From positions 1 to 64,000 of the forward strand of contig WJMJ01000148.1 of assembly GCA_014728035.1 (NCBI GenBank): DNA of 64,000 bases, in the 5' to 3' direction. Source of the stretch: Promethearchaeota archaeon (lineage in GTDB: Archaea; Asgardarchaeota; Thorarchaeia; Thorarchaeales; Thorarchaeaceae). Position numbers and translations under genes: made by a program. Within the stretch, counting starts at the first letter, position 1, and the number at the start of each line of letters is the position of its first letter. Below the pieces are notes generated by a model. The model was not told the origin of the DNA, ran no database searches, and was given only the letters and a program-made list of their open reading frames with translations. This document shows positions 20,326 through 30,090 of this stretch, in pieces.

Positions 20326-21356
20326 CGTGGATTCCCCTATTACTTTCTGATCCATCTCCTCTTCTTCGTAAGCTTGTGTTGGTGAATCTACTCGAGAGGT
20401 CTAATGACGATTCCGAGGTACAAGAACTGAAAAAAATTAGTAAAGCCGACCCGTTGGTCGTAGAATTAGCCAAACTACAGAGAGAAGATGGCTCTTGGAT
20501 AAAACTCGGATATCCTGGAGAATTCAATCGAGAACCTATCAGAGCAACTTCATATGCTCTCATGAAACTGGGTTACTTGGGATTCAATCAGGATTATCCT
20601 ATAGTTGACAAAGCTGTTTCATACTTGTTTTCAAGACAACAGTCAGATGGCGGTTGGCCAATTGTATCATCATCAGATTTTGGAACTGATATCACCAATA
20701 GATTCACCATGTTACCACTTCAAACTGCTTTCCCGCTCCTAGGTCTCGCAATGACTGGATATGCATCGGACAAGAGATGTGAACAAGCATATGATTGGTT
20801 ACTTGACAAGAAACTAGATGATGGCACATGGCCTACGGCAAGACATGATGAAGTAAAAGGATATCAAGCAGGATATAGGCGGATGCCAAATTCTAGGTGG
20901 GGTTGTAGGACCAATACTACTCTTGCACTTCAATGTCTCTCATATCATCCAACTCTTAGAAACAGCACCCACGCAAAAGAGGGGTTAGATAAACTCCTAG
21001 CTAGAGAAACTAGAGAGAGAGACAATATTGGACATTTTTTGGCAAAAGTCCTAGGATTTGAACAGCATCGTGGTAGCTTAACTTATCACGCAAAATTTGA
21101 TTTGGCACTAATTCTAAATCTGTGTGCACGTATTGGTGTGGATAGAACAGACACAAGAGTAAATGCCATCATCACTTGGTTAGAAGAAATACAAGGTCAA
21201 TATGGGCTTTGGGAATACAAGCCAATTCCCTATATTTCAAAATGGATAACTTATGAAATACTATGGTCTATCAAGAATCTTTCTGATGACGGCTGGCTTA
21301 GCAACCAAATGAGAAGCCCATTTCAGTCCTATACAAGAAAACCAAAGAGGTTCTAG
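20322..21356 (+). CDS. Prenyltransferase / squalene-cyclase-repeat (alpha-alpha toroid) protein
   Basis: QW-like repeats: QREDGSW, QQSDGGW, KLDDGTW, QGQYGLW. ATGA overlap with the UvrA-like gene. Confidence 0.75.
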   Translation: MTWIPLLLSDPSPLLRKLVLVNLLERSNDDSEVQELKKISKADPLVVELAKLQREDGSWIKLGYPGEFNREPIRATSYALMKLGYLGFNQDYPIVDKAVSYLFSRQQSDGGWPIVSSSDFGTDITNRFTMLPLQTAFPLLGLAMTGYASDKRCEQAYDWLLDKKLDDGTWPTARHDEVKGYQAGYRRMPNSRWGCRTNTTLALQCLSYHPTLRNSTHAKEGLDKLLARETRERDNIGHFLAKVLGFEQHRGSLTYHAKFDLALILNLCARIGVDRTDTRVNAIITWLEEIQGQYGLWEYKPIPYISKWITYEILWSIKNLSDDGWLSNQMRSPFQSYTRKPKRF

Positions 21357-21383
21357 ATAGAAATGAAAATTTTGTTATCTCTA

Positions 21384-21585
21384 TTAGCTTGCAGCAAAAC
21401 TGTCCCTATTATTCAGAATTAATGCTGTACCAGCTAGAATAACTTCAACCGAAATTACAACAATGGTCAGTGATAGATCAATAGGTATTGATGTAGATGC
21501 TAAGATAGTAGTATTTTCAAAAGTAAGAGAGGAGTATAGTACTGATAATTGGATTCTTCAGATAAACCTGTTTTTTCACTGACAT
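21384..21585 (-). pseudogene. Possible collapsed remnant of a surface-protein gene
   Basis: AGGTGG RBS followed by MSVKKQVYLKNPIISTILLSYF*. A different frame gives ..TSIPIDLSLTIVVISVEVILAGTALILNNR.., which resembles a TM anchor. Confidence 0.3.
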
Positions 21586-21786
21586 GCAGGTATCCACCTA
21601 GTCCTAAATTGTGTGAACACATTGAGTGAATATTCATTCAAGAAACATTAATCTCATCTTATTGAATATCCGAAGAAATTCGATTTGTAGAGAGATTAAC
21701 AAATCAACTACTTGATAACCAATTACTAAAAAATTATATCAAAGTAAAGTCATAGTATTTTGAATTTGCAATAAGGATTTGGAGAA

Positions 21787-22854
21787 ATGCAGACGTTCGT
21801 CAATACTTTGGTTAGAGATTTATTTGTTGGTTCCACATTCATTGTTGCATTCATTCTATTCTTCATCTCATGGGGTTTGTTCAGAAAAGCTGATTGGCAA
21901 ATATCTGGTACATCGGGACTTGGAGTATATTTCTTAACTTTTGCAGGATATTCTATTCAGACCAATATTACTGTTCTCTACGAAAACTTCTTCCCAGTCA
22001 TTGATAATCTTCTAGTTAATTTTCTAGGTGCATTTTGTTGGATGCTTGGAATTATCTTAATGATCTATTTCTTAGAAAGAGAACAATTAGGGGAGAAAGA
22101 AAAACCAATTATTACTATTGTTGCAAATGTTTTTGCGTTAATTTCGGGGGCTTTTTCGTTCCTTGGAGTTCCAATCGCTTTTGCATTCATTGGGCTCTCA
22201 ATAGCAGTTATTTATGTGAGTTATGAATACATAAGAGAAGTCATTGAACTCGAAACTGCTCGTAAGTCTTTCCCTCAATATTGGTTCGCAGCTGGAATAG
22301 CTTTGACCGGATTCATAAACTTCATTGTACTCTTTGGACGTACGTATGAGATCTATATGATAAAGAACATTCTCGTAATTTTTGGAGCTATAGCAATAAC
22401 ATATGCTTGGTGGGATTTACCATCTCTGGAGGATTTGAATTGGTTACGTATCTTGGACCGATTGTTAGTCATCGATATTCAAACGACTCTTCCGATTCTA
22501 GACTTCCCATTCAGAAAGGATTCTTCCAAGTTCAAAAGTATTCCAACCGAAGACTCAGACGGATTGGTAGTGGCAGGTGTTATGACCAGCATGGAGACCG
22601 TAATGGAAGAGATTCTTACAGATTCTGGAGGAATCAATGAAATCAATTTTGGCAATAAGACTATTATTTTTGAGAGGAGACCAGACTTTGTCTGTATCCT
22701 CATTGTAGACAAATCCGTTCGAGAAATCCACTTTCGTCTTGAAACCTTCGCATTGTATTTCGAAAACCAGTTTGGGGAAATTGTAAAATATGCGAAAGGA
22801 CAAGCAGACCAATTTATTGGAGCAGATAATCTTGTCCGTTCAGTTTTCGGTTAA
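21787..22854 (+). CDS. 7-TM membrane protein with C-terminal longin-like domain
   Basis: Seven hydrophobic helices in aa ~12-208, then LLVID..T.LPI, LVVAGVMTSM..VMEEI, INEINFGNKTIIFE, CILIV, LETFALYFENQF and FIGADNLVRSVF. Confidence 0.7.
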   Translation: MQTFVNTLVRDLFVGSTFIVAFILFFISWGLFRKADWQISGTSGLGVYFLTFAGYSIQTNITVLYENFFPVIDNLLVNFLGAFCWMLGIILMIYFLEREQLGEKEKPIITIVANVFALISGAFSFLGVPIAFAFIGLSIAVIYVSYEYIREVIELETARKSFPQYWFAAGIALTGFINFIVLFGRTYEIYMIKNILVIFGAIAITYAWWDLPSLEDLNWLRILDRLLVIDIQTTLPILDFPFRKDSSKFKSIPTEDSDGLVVAGVMTSMETVMEEILTDSGGINEINFGNKTIIFERRPDFVCILIVDKSVREIHFRLETFALYFENQFGEIVKYAKGQADQFIGADNLVRSVFG

Positions 22855-24044
22855 AATCTCTGATAAGTATAGAAACTATTAGCAGGAAACATTGCTTCCA
22901 GTCTCCTTGCAACTTCCAAAGAACAATCAATTAGACCAAATCCTCGTAGGTGGGTTGCCGTAGTGAGACCTGATATAACTCTAGATAAATTGAGAGCATC
23001 AATCTTGATATGATTATCTGAGGGATGGGCAGTCACCTCGGCATTGATTTTTCCATCTTGTGGTTTCAATTGGTATATACCAGAATTCCATTGGCAAAAT
23101 TCATCAACCAGTTCAATAGTCACAGATCTATCAGCTTCAACAGGAATATCAACTAACTCTAAATATGGTAAGACATCTAGTATACGCATCATCATTGAAC
23201 CTATCATCTTAGACTTAGTTCTTGCCTCTTTGAAGAAATAATCGAGTGGTGTTTCAATATCAGTATACCACAGAACTTTGTCTGCATTTGCAGCATGATG
23301 ATAAACAAGTGAAACAATAGCAGCAAGTGCTTCTGCATTTTTATAGAACGTATTAGAAGCAGTAAGAACAAGAGCATCATTATCTTTTTTGTAATATAAC
23401 AATAATGAACCTATAATTTCACCGTCCTTTTTGAAATAGTAAAAATGATTCTGTTTTATGATATAATCAAGAGTACGTTTCGTATGATATGCTCTGGAAC
23501 CAAATCGTGTCATGGATTCCTCCAACTTGTGCATTTCTCGCCATGTGCTAGTATCATCGGTTTCAACCGCGATGATTTCTGAGGTAGGTTCTGCAATCCT
23601 GAGGAATCTAGCATCAAATTCATGGAGAGCTCTTTGTTCAGCTCTCGCATATCCGAATTTCTCATAGAATGGAGTAGAGAAGGGATCTAAGACACTCAGT
23701 GACATCCCCTTCTCACGCATTATAGGAAATGTCTTCTGAAAGAGCTTTCTCACTAGTCCTCTTCTTCTGTGTGCGGGTTCTGTTGCAACAGCCCAGATGG
23801 CAGCAAAGGGAATAGTATTTCCCCTAATTTTATTAAAAGTATGTTTGAAAAACGAAAGGTTTGCTACAAGTTGGCCATTGTATTTAGCTACATACGCCCA
23901 ATCCTCTTTCTCTGGCTGATTCCAATAATTAACCCAATGCTCTTTCTTCAATTCAGAGAGATTGGCGGTTGGTTCAAAGGACTTCCATGCAAGCTTTACA
24001 AAATCGTCTCTGTCCTCATCTTTACCTTCGACTATCTGGTACAT
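22851..24044 (-). CDS. Eis-like GNAT acetyltransferase with C-terminal SCP2-like domain
   Basis: VATEPAHRRRGL, LDPFS..FYEKFGY, MMRILDV and DEFCQWNSG motifs. Confidence 0.9.
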   Translation of the reverse strand: MYQIVEGKDEDRDDFVKLAWKSFEPTANLSELKKEHWVNYWNQPEKEDWAYVAKYNGQLVANLSFFKHTFNKIRGNTIPFAAIWAVATEPAHRRRGLVRKLFQKTFPIMREKGMSLSVLDPFSTPFYEKFGYARAEQRALHEFDARFLRIAEPTSEIIAVETDDTSTWREMHKLEESMTRFGSRAYHTKRTLDYIIKQNHFYYFKKDGEIIGSLLLYYKKDNDALVLTASNTFYKNAEALAAIVSLVYHHAANADKVLWYTDIETPLDYFFKEARTKSKMIGSMMMRILDVLPYLELVDIPVEADRSVTIELVDEFCQWNSGIYQLKPQDGKINAEVTAHPSDNHIKIDALNLSRVISGLTTATHLRGFGLIDCSLEVARRLEAMFPANSFYTYQRF

Positions 24045-24103
24045 AACTTAGTTACGTAATCGATTCATTACTAAGTTTTCCTAATCCGCGATAGATTGCG
24101 TTC

Positions 24104-25873
24104 CTATTCTTCCTGACATGGCATCATGAGCATTTTAAGAACTGCAGACCTGAGATCCTCATCAGATACAAAACCCGCTAGTTCCTCCTCACAAAAATGT
24201 ATTGCTGGAAGAGCTGGCAGCTCGTCGGCAGAAACACCAGACGCAGGATCTTCAACATCAATAATTCTCATGATTGACCTGTTTATCATCAATTCGTCAA
24301 ATATTCCATAAAGGGTATTCATAACAGGTTCACAAAATACACAATGTTCAGATTTATAGAATGTAATGCAGGTCTCTTTGCCACAGGGAGTTTCTTCATC
24401 CTCTAACCAAGCAGGAAGCTCAACAACTACTTTACATCCTTTTTCAGGTTGCCCTGAAACACGATCTTGCACGTGAACTGAGCCATTTAGTTCAGTGACA
24501 ATTCTATCTACTACGGTCAGACCGAGACCTTTGAGAACTGTGTCTTCTTGGGTATTTTCTTCACGTCGAAAGATCTGTCTTTTCATATCATCAGGAATCC
24601 CAGGACCCCAATCAGAAAATTCTAATCTAACCATTGTTCCTCTTTCTATGTACTTGGCTCGAATATCAAGTTTGACTTCTTCAGAATCCGTATACATGAG
24701 AGTATTATGAGCGATGTTGAAGAAAATATACCAAAGATATGCATTACCAGTAACAAACATGTCATCACTTGACATCTTCTTTTTGACTACTAATTTCTTG
24801 GTTTCAAAATCTCTATCCGCTTCTCGAATTGCTCTTGTAAGATGAGGTGAAATATTTGTCTTCTGTGGTATTGGAGCTGCATTGCTAATGGTGAGAATGA
24901 TAGTCATATTTGCAATCATTCGTGATGCTCTTCTGATATTCCAAGAAGTCTTTCTTATATTTGATCGCAATTCTTCAGGAATCTCAGGAGACATCGATAT
25001 GACTTCTAACTCGAAGAGTGCATTCTGATTGATATAGTTGAGATCCTTTGTCATGAGATCCAGGTAAAGATCCGCTCGTTGTTTTTCCAATTCCATACGT
25101 TCTTCATATTGTCTTCTTGCAGTAACATCAATTACTGTAAATGCAATCTCTGCTGCGTGTCCGCCATCCGTGTTAAGAGGTCTTGAGGAAACATTTGCCC
25201 AAAATAATTTTCCATCCTTTTTCTTCATAGGTATCTCAATACCAGTCACATTTTTACCTCGAAGCACTTCCCGAACCAATTGTCCAGCAATATCTTTCAT
25301 CTTAGAGTCTTCAGGAATAAAATCATTCAGATTACGACCCACTATTTCGGAACCTTCACAGCCCAGTAATTTTTCCGCTTCCAGGTTAATCTGTTCAATT
25401 ACACCATCTCGGCTCAATGTGAAATATGCTATTGGTGATTTATCATAAAGAGAAGCAAATCTATTCTCCAGTTCAATCATTGCGGTCTCTAAAGCTAACT
25501 GATCAGAGATATTCCGTACAACCAGCAAGACAGCCAGCTCATTGTCAAATTCCACCTGAGATGGTTTTATTTCGACTTGAATGACAGTGCCAACTTTCGT
25601 TTGAAATCGCGTATTGAACTCACGCTTCACTTCACCGTCATATAGATCATCAATCAATGCCTTGTGTTGTCTACGTGACATAGGTTCCATAATATCCTCA
25701 AAGACTAGATCTAACAATTCATCTGTTTCATAATGAATCATATCTGCAAATGCTCTATTGGCAAACATTATGTCTCCATCTAGTAAGACTAGAAGACCGT
25801 CATTAACGATTTCAGGGATTAGAAATCGCCAGTCTTCACATTTTTGATCTGTCATGAAACCTCTCTTCCTCAC
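24104..25873 (-). CDS. PAS-PAS histidine-kinase-like protein lacking the phospho-His, with C-terminal thioredoxin-like CxxC domain
   Basis: Two PAS domains. H-box reads DLMTKDLNYINQ. HATPase boxes NIAHN, DWGPGI and GLGL. Tail FYKSEHCVFC...IDV...LPAI. Confidence 0.8.
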   Translation of the reverse strand: MRKRGFMTDQKCEDWRFLIPEIVNDGLLVLLDGDIMFANRAFADMIHYETDELLDLVFEDIMEPMSRRQHKALIDDLYDGEVKREFNTRFQTKVGTVIQVEIKPSQVEFDNELAVLLVVRNISDQLALETAMIELENRFASLYDKSPIAYFTLSRDGVIEQINLEAEKLLGCEGSEIVGRNLNDFIPEDSKMKDIAGQLVREVLRGKNVTGIEIPMKKKDGKLFWANVSSRPLNTDGGHAAEIAFTVIDVTARRQYEERMELEKQRADLYLDLMTKDLNYINQNALFELEVISMSPEIPEELRSNIRKTSWNIRRASRMIANMTIILTISNAAPIPQKTNISPHLTRAIREADRDFETKKLVVKKKMSSDDMFVTGNAYLWYIFFNIAHNTLMYTDSEEVKLDIRAKYIERGTMVRLEFSDWGPGIPDDMKRQIFRREENTQEDTVLKGLGLTVVDRIVTELNGSVHVQDRVSGQPEKGCKVVVELPAWLEDEETPCGKETCITFYKSEHCVFCEPVMNTLYGIFDELMINRSIMRIIDVEDPASGVSADELPALPAIHFCEEELAGFVSDEDLRSAVLKMLMMPCQEE

Positions 25874-25975
25874 GTTTCAAGCATAAATTGAAGAATATTT
25901 CGATAAATTCAAACAATTCATGTAATTTAATTGTATAGTGATGGTATTAATTTAGTGTATGTGAGACCAGATAGT

Positions 25976-26450
25976 ATGTCAAGAAATCCAGTATGCAAAG
26001 ATATTGCAAAAAAGTTCGAAAGCACATTTCAGATGCTTGGAGAAGCGATATCCCATGGTTCTGAAGAGAATTAGGATAAAGAATGTGGAGCATGGTTCTT
26101 TTCCTTTAGAGTCTATCATATACTTGAGAGCATCGAGTTCTATTTGAATGACACACCAAAGAAAATGAGATGGGGCAGGTTACAACTGGGATGAAATCAA
26201 ATCGATTGAAGTCGATATCATCCCTCTAATTTCAAAAAGTCTAGTAAAAGAATACTATGCTGAAATTAACACCCGTTTCAAGATGGTTATTTCTCGTAGT
26301 GATGACTACCTTTTCGAAGATGATGATTTCGAGTGGTTTGAAAATCGATTGGAAAAGATACTGTATTTACTTCGTCACACTGTCTATCATATAGGAGAAC
26401 TCAGCAAAGCACTTCGAAGTTTTGGTGATACTCGTCTTGAATGGAAATAA
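25976..26450 (+). pseudogene. DinB/DUF664-family pseudogene
   Basis: MSRNP...MLGEAI, in-frame TAG at 26072, then YHILESIEFY. Frameshift near 26175. The second frame ends LLRHTVYHIGEL...EWK*. Confidence 0.8.
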
Positions 26451-27320
26451 TTACTCGATATCTCTTTCATATAGAACTAATTCAATTCCATGTTCTTCAT
26501 CTTCAAACCAATGGAACATATTGAAAACACGATGAAATCTTTTTTCATAGATTAGTAATATTGTGCTAAATATTCCAATTTCTAGATTGCTAAATACATA
26601 ACTAAGACCAGAACAAAAAGCTTGCTCATCTATACAATATAACCCAACACACAAGGCAGGTCCGTATGTGTCTTTTATGGAGAAGTGATGAATCAGTGCT
26701 GAAATTTGTTTTTCTCGAACGGCTATTGTAAAAGAGTCATGAGCGATATTTGGTAAGTTGGATTCACTTAGATCATACGCGTACCAATGTCTTATCAGAA
26801 CATTCTTAGGAATTAATTTCTTTACAGATTTCATTTCCAACAATTCTTTTGCAGATATGTTTTGAAAATCATCTTCTGCATTTAGTATATCATTGGTTAT
26901 GTTTTTTGGATCTAACCATAATGCTAAGTTAGTAACAATAGGTCTCAATCCCAATTTAGTTGCGATTGCTGAAGAAGCTTCATTGTGTTGTGCTAGTGTT
27001 AAGCGAAACCTTTCAACTCCTAATTCTCTACCGGTTTGAATCAACTTCGTTGACATTTGACTAGCAAATCCCTTACCACGATGCTCAGGATGTACACGTA
27101 ATCCCTCCATCCATCCGGTCTTCCCCTCATCCATGATACGTAATATACTGAGTGCTACAACTTGATCTTTCAGCTCACCAATGAAGACATGATGTTTTGA
27201 ATCATCACCCCATTGTTCGATGTGATGGGGCAAATGGTCATGTCCACCCCAATTATCTTTTGTCATATCAATAAGAGATTGTTTATCTTCAGACCTATAT
27301 TTTCGAATTTGGAGTTGCAT
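26451..27320 (-). CDS. GNAT family N-acetyltransferase
   Basis: WGGHDHLP and WMEGLRVHPEHRGKGFA, N..S motifs. Probable start MQLQIRK at 27320; the ORF extends to 27440. Confidence 0.85.
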   Translation of the reverse strand: MQLQIRKYRSEDKQSLIDMTKDNWGGHDHLPHHIEQWGDDSKHHVFIGELKDQVVALSILRIMDEGKTGWMEGLRVHPEHRGKGFASQMSTKLIQTGRELGVERFRLTLAQHNEASSAIATKLGLRPIVTNLALWLDPKNITNDILNAEDDFQNISAKELLEMKSVKKLIPKNVLIRHWYAYDLSESNLPNIAHDSFTIAVREKQISALIHHFSIKDTYGPALCVGLYCIDEQAFCSGLSYVFSNLEIGIFSTILLIYEKRFHRVFNMFHWFEDEEHGIELVLYERDIE

Positions 27321-27442
27321 GTAATTATAAATATCCGATGTAAAGTAAATTCTATCGGTATATTCTACGAGAAGCCAGCTTTCGTAAAGATATAGGATAG
27401 AATAAAAAAGGATTTGTGTCCTAGAAAAATCAGGGTGCAATA

Positions 27443-27859
27443 ATGGGTTTTGCAGGTCGTCCTACAGGTCTAGCTGGTCCACAAGATATGGGAAAAGTGT
27501 TTCTTGGAATTGCAGTTATTATAGGATTTTCACTGGGTGGTTTCTTGTTGATGATTTGGAATATCACATCAGATAACTCAAGTGTATTTACAATTCTATT
27601 TTACATGATGGTCTTTCCTCTAATCGGTTGTGGTATTGGTCTGCCACTTATCATCAAAGGGCAAGGGGGAATGGGGACGACTACAGGGTTTATGTCTACT
27701 GAGTCTAGAAGAGAGAAAAGTTTCATCTATATGCCACCCGAAAACTGTACATCATGTGGTGCAAAACTTAGTTATGATTCTATCGAATGGGCTGGACCAC
27801 TCACAGCAAAATGTCCGTACTGTGGTCAGTCATTGCCAGTTCAAAAAAGAGAGGTATAA
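27443..27859 (+). CDS. 2-TM protein with C-terminal Zn ribbon
   Basis: Two TM helices, then PPENCTSCGA...PLTAKCPYCG. Paralog of 45067..45531 and 46488..46913. Confidence 0.75.
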   Translation: MGFAGRPTGLAGPQDMGKVFLGIAVIIGFSLGGFLLMIWNITSDNSSVFTILFYMMVFPLIGCGIGLPLIIKGQGGMGTTTGFMSTESRREKSFIYMPPENCTSCGAKLSYDSIEWAGPLTAKCPYCGQSLPVQKREV

Positions 27860-27986
27860 TCGTAACATAATTCGATAAGATGAGTCTTGTCTTTTGAGTA
27901 GTGTATCACATTGAGAATTCTATCAAAGCATCTATCCTGATAATCCATTATCCGCTTTATTCTATAGAATGCGATAATCTATGGAT

Positions 27987-29987
27987 TCATCCATCCTGCA
28001 GCAGACCTCGCTTCTCAATAAATTTCCCCAAAAACACTCCCACCCCAAAAACACCGATAAGTCCAACTCCAACAATTATATAATCTACACCTGCAGTTTT
28101 GTCTTCAAGGATAAGGATAACTTCTCCATCTCCAAATATCGAAATTAGAAATGAAATTTCTTGCATTTTATCTGAGAAGAAAATGGCTTCATTTATGGTG
28201 CTAGATTTTGGTAGGCCCGATTTCCAGCTAATATCATCTGTTGTGGGTATCTCAAAGCCAGAAGAATTGTAAACTACGAGAGTTGAATAAGTGGTAGGTG
28301 TTCCATGGTCTATTGAAAATCGATAGGTATGTCCAGACTGGAGGAAACTCCTAAAAACAAAGGACTGTTCAAGCTGACTGCTCATTAATCTGATAGATTC
28401 ACCAGTAGCAATATCGTAACTTGAACGTTTCATGATACTTAAGTTTACTATTCCGCTCATTTGGTTTCTGAAAACATGTTCGTCATAATGGTAGTCATCC
28501 AATCTAATGATTATCCAATACCCCCGCTCATTCTGTTGATAGATTTCTTCAGATACAGTGGTATTAATCCATGCTGCTCCCGAAAACTTTGTGTGATCCA
28601 TTATAGAGATTTCATCGATAATTTGCTTTGCTTCTTCATCTAACCATGGCCGTTGTTTATATAGATAATATTGATTCCAATCGTTGGATGAAAACACAAG
28701 TGGTTCTACAGCGATGATTTTGTGGTCAAATGAACGGTAATCTATGTTCAACTCAAACAGAGTCATCGAACTATCTGGTTGGACATAACAAGGTCTGAAG
28801 GCTTCTGGTTCATTCTCCACAAATGATACTGAAACATTATTGGTGTTAGTCAAAGTGGGTACCGAATTAACTTCTGAAAAATCAATCGTTATGTCACAGG
28901 GCCCATTTTCTATGTTAAGCCGAAATAGGTATCTATTATTTGCATGAGCATACCCAAAACCATGATGTTCATAAACTGCAATTTCATTGCTGGTAATTGA
29001 ATCGGATAGTAATAACCAAATATATCCAGGAAAGACTGTGATATCGTCAAGAGTGTTTGACCCATCTCCAATCAGATTTCCTGAAGTAACGACCTCTTGA
29101 GTAGAACATGATCCAAAAAATAATTCGAACGTTCCATTGGGAATTCCACTGGTCTGAATATCAATTTTGTATTGCATTTCCTTCGAAAATGGTATGATGA
29201 TATCTTTTGTGCATGACTCCAAGTCTTGAAAGGTTAACTCACTATTTGGTTCCATAACTTGGAAATTAGTGGAATAAAAAGCCATTTGCAGATTAACATA
29301 AATCTCATCTTGAAGGTTTTCAACAAAGATAAAATATTCACCATTTTGGAGTTCTAGTGAATAATTTGCCATACCCGTGGTCAAACTTCGAGTTACTGGT
29401 AAACTTGCTTCATTATATATTTCCCATCGGATATTAGTAGTAACCAAACTATTCAAACTGAATTCGTAATGACTTGTACTAGACAAAGACGTGTCCAAGA
29501 CAAACATGTAACCTGCACCTTTACTAATATCAAATTGAATTATTTCATCAGGACGAATAATTTCTTCGCCAGTATAGGATATTATTGAAACCGAGTAATT
29601 ACGAATTTCATCTGGTGGAATATCACTTCGCGAATAAATTGCTAATTGATATTTTCGATTGATACCATGTAAGCCAGATTTTTGCAAACTTATAATTGTG
29701 GAATTTTCGGTATAGAGAGTTCTTACTGTAGAATATGAACCACCTGAATACACGCGTAACGACACGCCCAACCACAGGTCTGATAAAGAAGCATTGATCT
29801 TGTATACACCTGGTTTTTCAAAAGTGACATGAAACGTGTCTAGTTGATTTGTCGCATCAAGTTTGCCATATACTGTGCAATCTGGTATGATAGTTCTTCC
29901 AGATTCTTGCGCATTCCCAACATATGGAAATACCGTTGTTATGCTTATTATGATGAAAATAGTGATGAGCTTTCTCAAGAGAAACAC
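27987..29987 (-). CDS. Secreted beta-rich surface protein (PPC-like domains) with C-terminal TM anchor
   Basis: Signal peptide, G.L...N..D.F...PG.Y.I repeats, C-terminal TM plus basic tail. Paralog of 30194..32170. Confidence 0.7.
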   Translation of the reverse strand: MFLLRKLITIFIIISITTVFPYVGNAQESGRTIIPDCTVYGKLDATNQLDTFHVTFEKPGVYKINASLSDLWLGVSLRVYSGGSYSTVRTLYTENSTIISLQKSGLHGINRKYQLAIYSRSDIPPDEIRNYSVSIISYTGEEIIRPDEIIQFDISKGAGYMFVLDTSLSSTSHYEFSLNSLVTTNIRWEIYNEASLPVTRSLTTGMANYSLELQNGEYFIFVENLQDEIYVNLQMAFYSTNFQVMEPNSELTFQDLESCTKDIIIPFSKEMQYKIDIQTSGIPNGTFELFFGSCSTQEVVTSGNLIGDGSNTLDDITVFPGYIWLLLSDSITSNEIAVYEHHGFGYAHANNRYLFRLNIENGPCDITIDFSEVNSVPTLTNTNNVSVSFVENEPEAFRPCYVQPDSSMTLFELNIDYRSFDHKIIAVEPLVFSSNDWNQYYLYKQRPWLDEEAKQIIDEISIMDHTKFSGAAWINTTVSEEIYQQNERGYWIIIRLDDYHYDEHVFRNQMSGIVNLSIMKRSSYDIATGESIRLMSSQLEQSFVFRSFLQSGHTYRFSIDHGTPTTYSTLVVYNSSGFEIPTTDDISWKSGLPKSSTINEAIFFSDKMQEISFLISIFGDGEVILILEDKTAGVDYIIVGVGLIGVFGVGVFLGKFIEKRGLLQDG

Positions 29988-30052
29988 TATAGATTAAACT
30001 GAAAAAGGTTCTATTTGCTTTTTCTTTTTCACAATATTGCTGATATCACTAA

Positions 30053-30090
30053 AAACTAGTTTAGTATTTCAAGACGACGAAACTAGTTTA
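30053..30090. promoter_or_regulatory. Duplicated palindrome AAACTAGTTT(A), putative operator
   Basis: Copies at 30053-30063 and 30080-30090, upstream of 27987..29987. Confidence 0.35.

Noticed and set aside
24104-24121. C-terminal CQEE of the kinase as a CaaX prenylation signal linked to the ICMT-like and prenyltransferase-repeat genes
   Set aside because: The residues after Cys are not aliphatic, and the QW-repeat protein shows no clear protein-prenyltransferase features.
26072-26074. In-frame TAG in the DinB gene as pyrrolysine or other recoding
   Set aside because: The same gene also has a frameshift, and TAG is one change from a plausible TGG. Pseudogenisation is the simpler explanation.
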